Below are positions 1 to 11,429 of a stretch of 64,000 nt of DNA, piece after piece. The translations under genes were made by a program, and so were the position numbers. Origin of the DNA: Sphyrna mokarran. Lineage: Eukaryota. The stretch is taken from the NCBI GenBank assembly GCA_024679065.1, contig JAGIQG010000012.1, forward strand, positions 44,206,001 to 44,270,000, in the 5' to 3' direction. The notes under the pieces were generated by a model. That model made no database searches. It saw nothing but the letters and a program-made list of their open reading frames with translations, and was not told the origin of the DNA. How positions within the stretch are numbered: position 1 is the stretch's first letter; every line of letters starts with the position of its first letter.

Positions 1-312
1 TAGCCAGTAATATTTAGGAGCTTGACACCATACATTTTATAAACAAGCAAAATGATAATTATTTAACCTGATTCTTTGTGCTTGAAATGCAACAATGGGC
101 TGATAGGGAGTAAGGTGGAAGGAGATTTGAATGGGATATAACACTGGCATGTAACTGTTAGGCAAAATGACCTGTTTCGGTGTTGTAAAATTCTATGTAA
201 TTTTATGCTCTGCAGGGACTATTTTGGTGAAAACTCAACATTACCCCATTTGTGTGTGAAAATAAGGTTTCTTTGCTTCCTGAGTGAAATATTACCAACT
301 AAGCAGCAGATA

Positions 313-900
313 AAACAAAGAACAATACAGCACGGGAAACAGGCCCTTTGGCCCAATGAGCCCGCACCGCCATTTTAACATTATGAGTGTTCTTCTTTAC
401 CTATGACCCTTGTCTACACCTATCGGGGAAGATTGAGGGAAGTCTAATTTAGGGACAATTTGTTACACCAATCAGCCTAACAGCACGTTTTTGGGATGTG
501 GGAGAAAACCAGAGCACCCGGAGAAAACCCATGCAATTACGGGGACAATGTGCAAACTCCCACAGACGCTGGCCCAAATCCATGTATTTGCACAGCAAAC
601 AGTGATAGTCACTGAGCTGTCATGTTGCCCGTCAGATGGTTTAAGCACACACTAACGACGTGAAGCACTAGGCAACTCTCGAAGCAACATTAAAGAACAG
701 CCCTCGCATGATCCACCATGTGTAAGCCCCTTGTTGGTCAACAAGGCGGACCGAATCACCTGTGAAGTAAAAGAAAAGACATCAATAGACATGCAAAAAC
801 TTAGACATTTACGGAATCCCCAGAAGCGCAGAAAGTTAACCATGAAATATGTTGGAAGGTCCACAGGAATCAAATGATTCCCAGGGATATCCCAAGGCTC
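313..900 (-). mobile_element. Composite retroposon copy (unique segment + degenerate V-SINE + CR1-type tail)
   Basis: The reverse complement aligns by eye along its length with 7306-7902 and ends in a tgttctttgtt tail. Confidence 0.85.
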
Positions 901-1566
901 GTAATCTTTATTTAGAATAGAATTATTTAGATCTGAGGATTTTTTTCAGTTTGTGTGTTTTAATGATATGGACTTCAGAATGTAAATACCAAAGTGACAA
1001 AAACCAATGAAGCATCCTGGGTTACCAACAACATTTGCACAAAAGATATTTTAACTCCTTCAGTGTCAAGTTCTTAAAGCCAATATCACAGAAGAATCAT
1101 AAATAAACACCAGAAAGTAATTAGCTGAGGATTTAATATTACTCTCCGAAAGGATATTTGGCATGACATCTCCTCATTAAGTATTTATATATATTTTCTA
1201 AAAATCACCTATCTTTCCTCTAATCTTATCTCAACAATGGGAAAATTCTATTATTATGAATATTGTCTGATCTATTTTGGGCATACTACCTTTAAAATAT
1301 TTTTTGTTAGGTATGTTACACTTTATTTGATTCGACACCAATTATTCTAGTCACATTGTGCCTGTTTCTTCCATTATTTTGTCTACAGCTTTAAATTTTC
1401 CTTATTTTGCATTTGGGCAATACCTCTCAATTGTGGATACTCTTACAGCAGCAGTCTCAGAATTCTGAACAAGGATATTATGCTGGATATATCTTTGCTT
1501 TTTCTAAAAGAAGACCTAATAAATAAGAGAGGGAATTATGTTATAAAATCCATCTAACTCATATAT

Positions 1567-1861
1567 CATAGAATCACTACAATGCAGAAAGAGGCTGTTC
1601 AGCTGATCGAGTCTGCACTGATCAGAATCCCTTCCAAGCCCTATTCCCATAACCCCATAAATGTGTCTTGCTAATCCCCCGATACTAGGGTCAACTTAAC
1701 CCACACATCTTTGGAATGTGGGAGGAAACCAGAGTTCCTGAGGAAACCCATACAGATACGGGGAGAATTGCAAACTCCATACAATGATCCAAAACTGGAA
1801 TGGAACCCGGGTCCCTGGCATTGTGAGGCAGCAATACTAACCACTGTGTTACTGTGCTGCC
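1567..1861 (-). mobile_element. tRNA-derived V-SINE (HE1-like), CR1-type tail
   Basis: tRNA-like head with A/B boxes, V-domain (...ggtttcctcccaca...), gattctatg tail. Confidence 0.85.
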
Positions 1862-1976
1862 TCAAATATCTAAGTCTGTCATTCTGCACCTATTTTAGTC
1901 CATTACATATATATATATACATAACAAGGTGTACCAATCTTTACATGTTGGAAGAGATTTGCCTGCACCAGCTACT

Positions 1977-2110
1977 GTAAGAAGTCTCACAACACCAGGT
2001 TAAAGTCCAACAAGTTTATTTGATAATAAACCACAAGCTTTCAGAATGCTGTTCCTTCATCAGGTGAGTGGAAAGTTCCGATTAGAAACAGGACGTATAA
2101 AGGTACACAC
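1977..2110 (-). mobile_element. Penelope-like element terminal fragment
   Basis: The motif gtaagaagtctcacaacaccaggttaaagtccaac sits next to a minimal hammerhead core, an arrangement typical of Penelope-like element repeats. Confidence 0.65.
2031..2067 (-). ncRNA. Minimal type I hammerhead ribozyme (slightly decayed)
   Basis: Minus strand reads ucac CUGAUGA a GGAA cagca UUCU GAAA gc UU gugg: catalytic core, stem II, and stem I (ucac/gugg). Confidence 0.65.
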
Positions 2111-2255
2111 AGTTTACCGAATACTGAATATCACATCATGCACCAGCCATTTACAGGAGTCTATCTCAGACTCCAGCTCCAATGAATTCTCTGATATAGA
2201 GATCGAAGAGACACCAAAGCTTTCATCCACACTTTGGAACACTGCTGACACACAC

Positions 2256-2557
2256 TTATTTATTTATTAATCACAAGTAGGCTTACATTAACACTGCAAT
2301 GAAGTTACAGTGAAAATCTCCTAGTTGCCACACTCCAGGGCCTGTTTGGGTACGCTGAGGGAGAATTTAGCATTACCAATGCAGATAACCAGCACTTTTC
2401 TTGGATTGTGGGAGGAAATTGGAGCACCCTGAGAAAACCCATGCAGACACAGCGAGAATATGCAAACTCCACAGACAGTGACCCAAGCAGGGAATTGAAC
2501 CCGGGTCCCTGGTGCTGTGAAGCCGCAGTGCTAACCATTGTCCCGCCATGTCGTCCC
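2256..2557 (-). mobile_element. V-SINE with second tail type (AATAAA-ended)
   Basis: Same head and V-domain as the other SINEs; tail gattttcactgtaacttcattgcagtgttaatgtaagcctacttgtga...aataaa. Confidence 0.85.
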
Positions 2558-2896
2558 ATCCGAGTGACACTTAGTATTAAAGAGGTATCAGGATCACAGT
2601 CTGCTGAGGACCTCACACTGTCAGATCCACAGACGCAGCAAATTAACCTGCTCAGGCCTCAGGTGGTAAGAAAGGAGCACGTCCCTCAGTATCCCTTTCC
2701 CTAATGAAGCTCCCTAATATCTGCCAACACTCTGGATGTCCCCTATCCCTCTAACCTTTGCAACTTGGTCCCCATTCCTTGCCACCCTCACCTCACATGA
2801 ACCTCTCCCACCCAAGCACTTTATGTTGTAATGGGTGTGAGACAACTGCATCCATGAAAGGCTGGGTGCTCACCCCAGAACCTCCTCCATCTGCTT

Positions 2897-3737
2897 ATGG
2901 AGTATAATGTTAGCAAGTGTGAGGTTATCTACTTTGGTAGGAATAACGGTAGGAAGGATTACTATTTAAATGGCGAAAATCTGCAGCATGCGACGATGCA
3001 GAGGGACCTAGGGTTCCTTGTGCAAAAATCGCAAAAACACAGTATGCAGGTGCAGCAGGTGATTAAGAAGGTGAATGCAATGTTGGCCTTTATAACAAGG
3101 GGAATAGAATATAAAAGTAGGGAGGTACTTTTGCAGCTGTATAGGGTACTGGTGAGGCCGCAGTTGGAGTACTGTGTGCAGTTTTGGTTGCCGCATTTGA
3201 GGAAGGATATATTGGCCTTAGAGGGGATGCAGAGAAGGTTCACTAGGCTGATACCAGAGATGAGGGCGTTGGATTATGAGGAGAGACTAAATAGGCTAGG
3301 TTTGTACTCGGAGTTTAGAAGGCTAAGAGGGGATCTTATAGAGATGTATAAGGTATTGAAGGGGATGGATAGGGTAGAGATTGAGAGACTCTTCCTGCTT
3401 AATAAATATATCAGGACTAGAGGGCACAGCCTCAAGACTGGGGGGGTGCAGTTTAGATCAGAGTTGAGGAGGAATTTCTTCATGCAAAGTGTGGTGAATC
3501 TTTGGAATTCTCTGCCTGTTGAAGTGGTGGAGGCTTCCTTGCTGAATATATTTAAGTCAAGAGTGGATAGGTTTTTGATTGACAAGGGAATAAAGGGTTT
3601 TGGGGAAAAAGCGGGAAAGTGGAACTGAATCACTGCAGATCAACCATGATCTTATTGAATGGCGGGGCAGGCTCGAGGGGCTGGATGGCCTACTCCTACT
3701 CCTATTTCTTATGTTCTTATGTTCTTATGTTCTTATG
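2897..3737 (+). mobile_element. 5'-truncated CR1 LINE (ORF2 C-terminus, 3' UTR, (TTCTTATG)n tail)
   Basis: Open 243-aa frame with CR1 motifs (RDLG, LYRVLVRPQLEYCVQFW, RTRGHSLK, WNSLP); 8-mer tandem tail at about 3706-3737. Confidence 0.93.
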
Positions 3738-3899
3738 CTTCAGCAAGGCTGCTAGTCATCGATTAGTATATTCTGAAAATACTTAAAGAGGATCCTGTTT
3801 ATTCCTATGAAATTGATACGTCAGACACTGAAATCTGAACTTGTTCATGTTCTGACATGAGCTAGTGAACAACAAGTCAATTGTTAATTGTTTTAATTC

Positions 3900-4555
3900 A
3901 TCCCTTACTAATCTACATGGGCATTCCTCACCTTTCTATCAATTTCTATCATTGTATTTTGATTTCACATATTTGTGCCACCTTTTCCATATCCCATTAT
4001 TTGCTTATAAGAAGGGATCAGAGCACAGACTCATTTTGCCTGAAAATATGTTCCTTTTTATTTGTAGTATACTGACATTTTTGACTGAACTGTTTATGTT
4101 CAACTTTAACAGTCAAATTTGGTAGAACTAAACTCCAAAACATCATTCTCTTCATCGAAAGTTCAGCAGGTGTATAGCTTGTAGTTGTGTGGAGTTGTTC
4201 TCTACTTTAAACTAGCCAGCCACTGCTTCATACTGAAATTCGAACACATATGCAACACTTGTTATTTGAATGGGTCTTTACTGAATCCTGATAGCAAGGA
4301 GGGATAAGGAATAAATGATATCATTTTGCTTCATGGAATTTTAGAATGGAGTAATGAAGGCCATTATCTGATTCAATCATCTCAGGTAATCCATGACAAA
4401 TAAAAAGACATCGTAATTCATTAGCAGTTTAACATCACAGTTTTAATCCATATGCTTTACTTTGGTCCACTCTGAGTGACTATCTGTGACCACCACAAAA
4501 TTATCCTTCTTTTCACAAAGTTTACATGAACTCTTTGAAGTAGCATAGTTGCAAT
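3900..4555 (-). mobile_element. Fossil Gypsy LTR-retrotransposon integrase
   Basis: Frameshifted pieces: LQRVHVNF, FVVVTDSHSEW, HGLPEMIESDNG, RTTPH..TPAEL, RNAHVD. Confidence 0.8.
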
Positions 4556-4559
4556 CACA

Positions 4560-4903
4560 TGGGCGGCACGGTAGCACAGTGGTTAGCACTGCTGCTTCAC
4601 AGTTCCAAGGACCTGGGCTTGATTCCTGGTTTGGGTCACTGCCTGTGTGGAATTTCACATTCTCCTTGTGCCTGTGTGGGTTTCCTCTGGGTGCTCCAGT
4701 TTCCTCCCACAGTCCAAAGATGTGCAGGTTATGTTGATTGGTTATACTAAAATTGCCCCTTAAGTGTCCTGAGAAGTGTAGGTTAGAGGGATTGGTGGTT
4801 AAATATATAGGGATCTGGGGTGGGGCCTGGGTGAGAGTGTGGTTGGTGCAGACTTGACGGGCCAAATGGCCTCTTTGTGTACTGTATGGCTTCAGTGATT
4901 CTA
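4560..4903 (+). mobile_element. Full-length V-SINE (HE1-like)
   Basis: gggcggcacggtagcacagtggttagcactgctgc head, V-domain, gggccaaatggcct...gattcta tail. Confidence 0.9.
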
Positions 4904-4904
4904 C

Positions 4905-4989
4905 ATTGCTCATCATTCGTTGCATCATTGGCTGTGACATTGTAGTCCTCTGCACAATCTCACGGTTTTACCCAACTTGGGCATGAAAT
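4905..4989 (-). mobile_element. Fossil Gypsy reverse-transcriptase fragment
   Basis: PKLGKTVRLC / DYNVTAN..EQ resembles the PKxDGxVRLCGDYKVTVN motif. Confidence 0.65.
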
Positions 4990-5192
4990 TCACAGTTCCA
5001 AGGACCTGGGCTTGATTCCTGGTTTGGGTCACTGTCTGTGTGGAATTTGCACATTCTCCTTGTGCCTGTGTGGGTTTCCTCTGGGTGCTCCAGTTTCCTC
5101 CCACAGTCCAAAGATGTGCAGGTTATGTTGATTGGTCATGCTAAAATTGCCCCTTAGTGTCCTGAGAAGTGTAGGTTAGAGAGATTGGTGGT
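4990..5192 (+). repeat. Near-identical partial duplicate of the V-SINE at 4597-4799
   Basis: Direct sequence match over ~200 bp with only a few differences. Confidence 0.9.
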
Positions 5193-5400
5193 CCAATCCA
5201 ACTTCAGCTTGCAAAGTCAATCTCCTCGCACTGATGTTTCTTTGTTGATGTATCTCATTACAACGTTGAGTGACTTAAGGGACTTGGCCTGATAATGGAC
5301 ATTGCACATCACTTGTCCACACATTTTTAGCACATCAGAGTAGGTTTTCAATTGAACCGTGCTTTTAATTAGAGATACATCATTGAATTTGCTCTTGTAT
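5193..5400 (-). mobile_element. Fossil Gypsy protease region
   Basis: LIKSTVQLKTYSDVLKMCGQVMCNVHY...LNVV...RGD*LCKLKLDW, compared with LKTY...LLGRDWL..LKLDW. Confidence 0.75.
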
Positions 5401-5692
5401 GTGTTTCCACGGTTATGTTCCAGTATATTCTGAACTTTAAACTAATTTTTGCATTTATAAATTAACCACAAAAAGCTTGCAAAATGATAGTCACCTGAGA
5501 ATGACCTGATCTTTTTTGTTGATTAAAACTTTCATCTGTCTCTACATGAATCAAAAGGAACTGTTCAGGCTGATGTTGACTGAGTGTATTTTCCTGGAAC
5601 TAGTTCAAAAGAATAATTTCAAACTAAATGGGTCATTTAACTACAAATAGTCTGTTTCAATCTTCCTATTCCTAGGAACTATGCCTAGAGTC

Positions 5693-7300
5693 CAAGGGAA
5701 TGGGGAGATCCTGAATGAATACTTTGCATCAGAGGAGAGGGATTTGTTGTTAGGTACTGTCTTAGAGAGAGTTGTAGACCCGTTAGAGGAAATATCTATT
5801 ATGAGGGAGAAGGTGTTAGGGTTTTAGGTAGTATTAAAACTGATAAATCTCCAGGGCCTGATGGCATTTATCCTAGGCTACTTAGGGAGACGAGGGATGA
5901 AATTGCTGGGCCTCTGATGCAAATCTTTGTCTCTTTTTTGGACACAGGTGAGGTTCCAGAGGACTAGAGGATAGCAAATGTGATACAGTTGTTTAAAAAG
6001 GGTAGTAGGGATAACCCGGGTAATTATAGGCTGGTGAGTTTGACGTCAGTGGTAGGGAAGTTATTGGAAAGGATTCTTAGGGATAGGATGTATAAACATT
6101 TAGAATGTGGCAATTTGATTAGTGATAGGCAGCATGGCTTTGTAAAGAGAAGGTTGTGTCTTACAAATCTGGTAGAATTTTTTGAGGAGGTGACAAAAAC
6201 GGTCGACAAAGGATGAGCCGTCGATGTCATCTACATGGATTTCAGTAAGGCGTTTGACAAAGTCCCTCAGGTAGCTTGGTGGAAAAGGTTAAGGCTCATG
6301 GGATACAAGGACAGGTGTCTAAATGGATTGAGAACTGGCTTGGTAACAGGAGACAGAGAGTAGTAGAGGAAGAGTCCTTTTCTAGCTGGAGGTCTGCAAC
6401 TAGTGGTGTGCCGCAGGGCTCAGTACTGGGACCTTTGTTATTTGTAATATACATAAATAACTTGGAAGGAGGAATAAGTGGTGTGATCAGCAAGTTTGCA
6501 GATGATACAAAGATGGCTGGACTTGCTGATAGTGAGGAGCAGTGTCAGGCAATACAGCAGGATATAGATAGGCTGATATATTGGGCAGAGAAATGGCAGA
6601 TGGAATTTAATCCAGATAAATGCAAGGCGATGCATTTTGTAAGAAATAATATGGGGGGAGTTACACGATAAATGGTAGGCCTATTAAGAGTATAGAAATG
6701 CAGAGGGACCTGGGGGTGCAAGTACACAAGTCCTTGAAGATGGCAGTACAGGTGGAGAAGGTGACTAAGAAGGCCTATGGTTTGCTTGCCTTTATAGGGA
6801 GGAGTATAGAGTATAAAAGCTGGCGTCTAATATTGCAGTTGTACAGAACGTTGGTTCATCTGCATTTGGAATACTGCATCCAGTTCTGGTCGCCTTACTA
6901 CTGGAAGGATGTGGAGACCCTGGAGAGAGTGCAGATGTTGCCTGATATGGAAGGACTGAGCTTTGAGGAAAGATTGGGCAAATTGGGGCTGTTCTCCTTA
7001 CAAAGGCAGAGAATGAGGGGACATCTAATAGAGGTGTAGAAGATTATGAAGAGTGTAGATAGGGTGAACAGTGATAAGCTTTTTCCTAGGTTGGATACAA
7101 TAATTACGAGGGGCCACAGGCTTAGGGTTAAGGGGGCAAGATATAATTTGGATGTTAGAGGGAGGTTTTTCACACAGAGAATGGTGGGGGCCTGGAATGC
7201 ATTGCTAAATAGGGTGGTGGAGGCAGGCACGCTAGGGTTGTTTAAGGCTTACTTAGATAGGCACATCAGCGGACTAGAGATGGAGAGATACAGGAGACTT
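5693..7300 (+). mobile_element. CR1 LINE ORF2 (reverse transcriptase), frameshifted and 5'-truncated
   Basis: PGNYRLVSLTS, QHGF, YMDFSKAFD, SGVPQGSVLGP and KFADDTK motifs spread across frames. Confidence 0.93.
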
Positions 7301-7305
7301 TTCAA

Positions 7306-7902
7306 GAGCCTTGAGACATCCCTTAGAATCAATTGATTCCTATGGACTTTCCAACATATTTTATGGCTCACTTGCTTTATTTCTGCACTTCTAGGGATTC
7401 TGTAAATGTCTGTCTAAGTTTTGCATGTTTATTGATGTCTTTTATTTTACTTAGGTGATTCGGTCCACCTTGTTGACCAACAAGCGGCATACACACGGTG
7501 GGTCATTCAAGAGCTGCTCTTGGGTGTTGCTTTGAGAGTTGCCTAGTGCTTCGTCATTAGTGTACACTTAAACTGGACCACCTGATGGGCAACGTGGCAG
7601 CTCAGTGACTATCACTGTTTGCTGTGCAAATACATGGATTTGGGCTGGTGCGTGTGGGAGTTTACACATTCTTCCCGTGATTGCGTGAGTTTTCTCCAGA
7701 AGCTCCGGTTTCCTTCCACACCCAAAAACGTGCTCTTAGGCTGATTGGTGTAACAAGTTGTCCCTAAATTAGTCTTCCCTCAATCTTCCCCAATAAGTGT
7801 AGACAAAGGTCATAGGTAGCGGAGGGCACTCATAATGTTAAAATGGCGGCGTGAGCTTTTTGGGCTGAAGTGCCTGTTTCCCATGCTGTATTGTTCTTTG
7901 TT
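7306..7902 (+). mobile_element. Composite 3' module abutting the CR1 ORF2 end (unique ~280 bp + degenerate V-SINE + tail)
   Basis: Inverted copy of 313-900; SINE head begins at about 7587. Confidence 0.85.
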
Positions 7903-8774
7903 CCAAAACATGAAAACACAATGCAGAATGTATAATTGACCTAACTACTGGAATGATGAGGCAGTCATTATTTTTGTCCAATTTCAAAATATCCAGAATC
8001 TGTTACAGACCAAGTTCCATTAGAAAGCCATTGAACCAGCTGCAAGTCATATAAGCTGCCAAGGCAATAAATAGCAATACATAGAAAGTAGGAGAAGGAC
8101 GCCCCCAATCTGTTCCAATTTTGAGTTCACCTCAGAACAAACCTCCTGGAATTTGAACTACAAGAATCCTTGTATTGAATCTTCTACTTTATAAGACCTT
8201 CACTACAATTAAAGCATCAACTCTTCTAAGAAATTACAGACTGGGGATGAAAGACTCTGAGACATTCATAAATTGTGGTAGTAACGTTTTACCTTCAAGT
8301 ATATCTGATCTTTGTGTGTGCAATAGTTTGAGAGTTGAGTAAGCGGGATGTCATGTTTTAAGTGTCCGGAGAACATGTGGGATAATAAATAGTCTTCCTT
8401 ATTTAAAAACTCACATAGAGCTTGCTGCTGGATTATTTAATTTGGGACAACCACTCTGAGGGTAAGAAAATGCACAGCTTTTACACACAAACATATTGAT
8501 TCATGGGCACTAAAAAAGAACAAATAAATTCTATCCATGGCACCACTCATAATGGTCCTGCAGTCTTCAATGTGCATGATGATGTATTATTAGTCTACCA
8601 ACGCCTTTGATTGTGAGTCTTCGTAATTTGAGTGTTTGCTAGTGGTACAGTGGTTGTGCAGTCTGATCTTCTCTTCACTGAAATGCTCTGGATTCACCTC
8701 AAGATTGTGAACTCCATACATTAGGCATCATTATTTTCTATTACCACTGAAATGAGTTTACTTTTCTGCTATGT

Positions 8775-9745
8775 CTTCGCTTAGGAAGCAGTCCCAATAT
8801 GGCCTGGATTTTGGCATTTAAAGTATTTGGTATTTCCATTTTCGGACTGTGAAATTGTGGCTGTCATTACAGCAATTACAAGTCAGTAAACTATTACCAT
8901 TTGCATTCTTCTGGCCAAGTGTCTCTATTTTGGGTTTGGCAGAAGCCTTCTGACTGGGCAGAACTGTACTAGTCACTTGCATGGGACAAAATTCCTGAGC
9001 ATCTTGCATGACAGATCGGATATAATATTTTTTGTTAAAGTTTATTTATGAGTCACAAGTAGGCTTACATTAACACTACAATGAAGTTACTGTGAAAATC
9101 CTCTAGTTGCACACTCCAGTGTCTGTTTGGGTACACTGAGGGAGAATTTAGCATGGCCAATGCACCTAACCAGCTCATATTTGAACTGTGGGAGGAAACT
9201 GGAGCACCTGGAGGTACAGGGAGAACGTGCAAACTCCAAACAGATAGTGACCCAAGTCAGGATTGGACTTGGGTCCTTGACATTGTGAGGCAGCAATGGT
9301 TCCTTTAGTAGCTTTAGTTGGATTTTTTTATCCATAAATCCAAACACAAATCTGTTTCATAATAGAAGATCTAAGAATGAGTCTGTCTTGCAATATAATA
9401 ATCAATTCCCCAGTGTCATAATACATTCAGCAAATGTTTGCAACATTTCTGGTTTCTGATTTTCTGTTCTTTGAATTCAAGTGCTCCTTTAATCTGACAA
9501 TTTTTGCCTTGTTAAGAGCAACAACCTTTATTTCCATGCCATTCACTTCTGGACCAAAGCTCCATTAGCAAAATTGTTTTTTCTCGTTCAAGAATTACGA
9601 AATTCTGAGTCTGAACCTCTTTAGCTTTACTTTTTGGTTGCTAAAATGTTCTTAGTTCTGAAAAATACATCAATTATTTCAATATTAACTGAAAAATTCT
9701 TGAGCTCTCTCATATGTTCCTACCATTCCAATATATGCCATGGGT
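8775..9745 (-). mobile_element. Fossil Gypsy gag, interrupted by a SINE
   Basis: MAYIGMVG..., IDVFFRTKNI..KKV, LQDRLI, and zinc-knuckle remnants CNCCNDSH and KCQNPGHIG. Confidence 0.65.
9035..9300 (-). mobile_element. V-SINE, AATAAA-tail type
   Basis: Aligns with 2256-2557. Confidence 0.85.
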
Positions 9746-11429
9746 GCAACCATGTTCTCCCATTTTAGATTCAGCATTGTTGCAGTAATTTCACAATGAT
9801 TGTAACAATGATATAGTTTAACTATGATTGTCTGTAACAGTGATATAGAATTCAAGTCAATCTGGATAGAACAAACTCATCCAACACTAGATGGACACTA
9901 AGACCCTGCAGCAGCCTATGCAACTGAACGTGCTATGGATGTCAGGCACAGTGAGACTTAGTAGAACCCAGCTGAAATGTCCACCATCTGTGCAAGTACA
10001 TCATTTGCATACCAGCTGATTTTGTTCATTACAGATGCCAATTGCTGCCAATAATTTTGTACTTTGATCCCCTTGTCCTCATTGTCAAAGGTTGTTAAAT
10101 ACTGGGAGACATTTACAAAAGAAGAAAGGCATGAAATGGCCGGTTCATATGTTTAATTGTGTCATTGTGCACTGTGATTCACATAACATACAAATTACTT
10201 CTTTGGAGATAGGGTTTACTAAATACTTGCAAAGATCTCTTGCATGCATCCACAGAGTGGATGTGTGAAATTGCACTTAGTGAATAATAGCTGTCTGCAA
10301 ACATAAATTGCATGTAGCTGTAATGGCGCTGACACACATGACCCTAATAGAGCCGCATTTGACAGCAGGCCCACATATCCAATGAATGCAAATTCTGGTC
10401 AGCGGCACCCAGCTATAAGTTATTCGCTGCTGGGCATGCCCTCGACACAAAAGGGGTGAAGTCAAGGGCACCGGGAACTTGCAAGAGGCATTAGGATACC
10501 AAAACACTGGCTTCTTTTTCTCTCCCAACTTTATGAAAGCAACCCTCAGGTACAAATGGCAGCACAAATTTCTTTTTGTTTTCTTTTGAGGTAATGTTTG
10601 TGCTATCATTTGTAGAGTTGTATTTATATTTTACTGCTTGTGTTCTATTTGAATCTTGCTTTTAAGCATTAGCCTGTAGTCATTCTGAACTTTTCAAAAC
10701 AATTTTATTATGGTGAACCATTTTAATGTTACAACAGTTTACAACGTAGAAATAATTATTTAACATAAATTGTGTTAAAAGTCTTGCATGGTATGCCTCA
10801 AGTTTATATTGTTTAGCAATAACCAAGTAAAATATTTGCAATGAGGATTTGTTGCTAAAATTAAATGTAACTTGTTTCATTTTGCTGCAAAAAGACAGGG
10901 ATTTTTCCATCCTAGTCTTTTAGAAAGAAAAGCTGCTTTTTTTGAAATTATTCAGTGCAATATTATGTAAACTGGATTTTAAAGCATCATGTGCATTTTT
11001 CAAGTCAGACCAAGTTGATTAAGTATGCATTTAAAAATCATTTCAATCTTGTTAAATGTCAGATAAATAAACCCCATTTAAGATTAGTCATGATAAAAAG
11101 TTACATTTAACAAATAAAACTCAATATTTAACATGCTGCTTTTAGGCCCTTCTTAGAATAGTGGATCTGATCCTGAGAATGCTTGACATTTGCTAATATG
11201 AGCTCTGAAAAAATCCATTGAAATGTGGTGATGTTTTTAGTCAATCATTCAAATTTTTCAGTATGTGCCTGGCACTTGAAGGTTGTCAGGACTATCAGTG
11301 CAGACTCTAGCAGTATGGGCCATGCACTGCAACTTGTGATTTTTTGGCAAAAGTCTGCACACCAGATTGGCCAGATTTAGTGATCCCAATAATGGCAATG
11401 AGTCCTTTGCACCAGTGTTTACTAAGAGG

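Noticed and set aside
1671-2704. Similar short ORFs (PGPWxCEAAxLT...) recurring here and at 4443-4955, 9087-9347 and 39542-39739
   Set aside because: They are chance translations of V-SINE copies, not a gene family.
2897-3628. Intact 243-aa ORF as a host or domesticated gene
   Set aside because: It is the C-terminus of a 5'-truncated CR1 ORF2 with its normal tail; openness fits young age.
4560-4640. tRNA-like sequence
   Set aside because: It is a SINE head with no full cloverleaf and runs straight into the V-domain.
313-7902. The inverted copies as terminal inverted repeats of one 7.6-kb DNA transposon
   Set aside because: The arms end in retroposon tails, and no transposase or target-site duplication is visible.
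10277-10609. 110-aa minus-strand ORF
   Set aside because: No recognisable domain or convincing splice sites; treated as a possible non-coding element instead.
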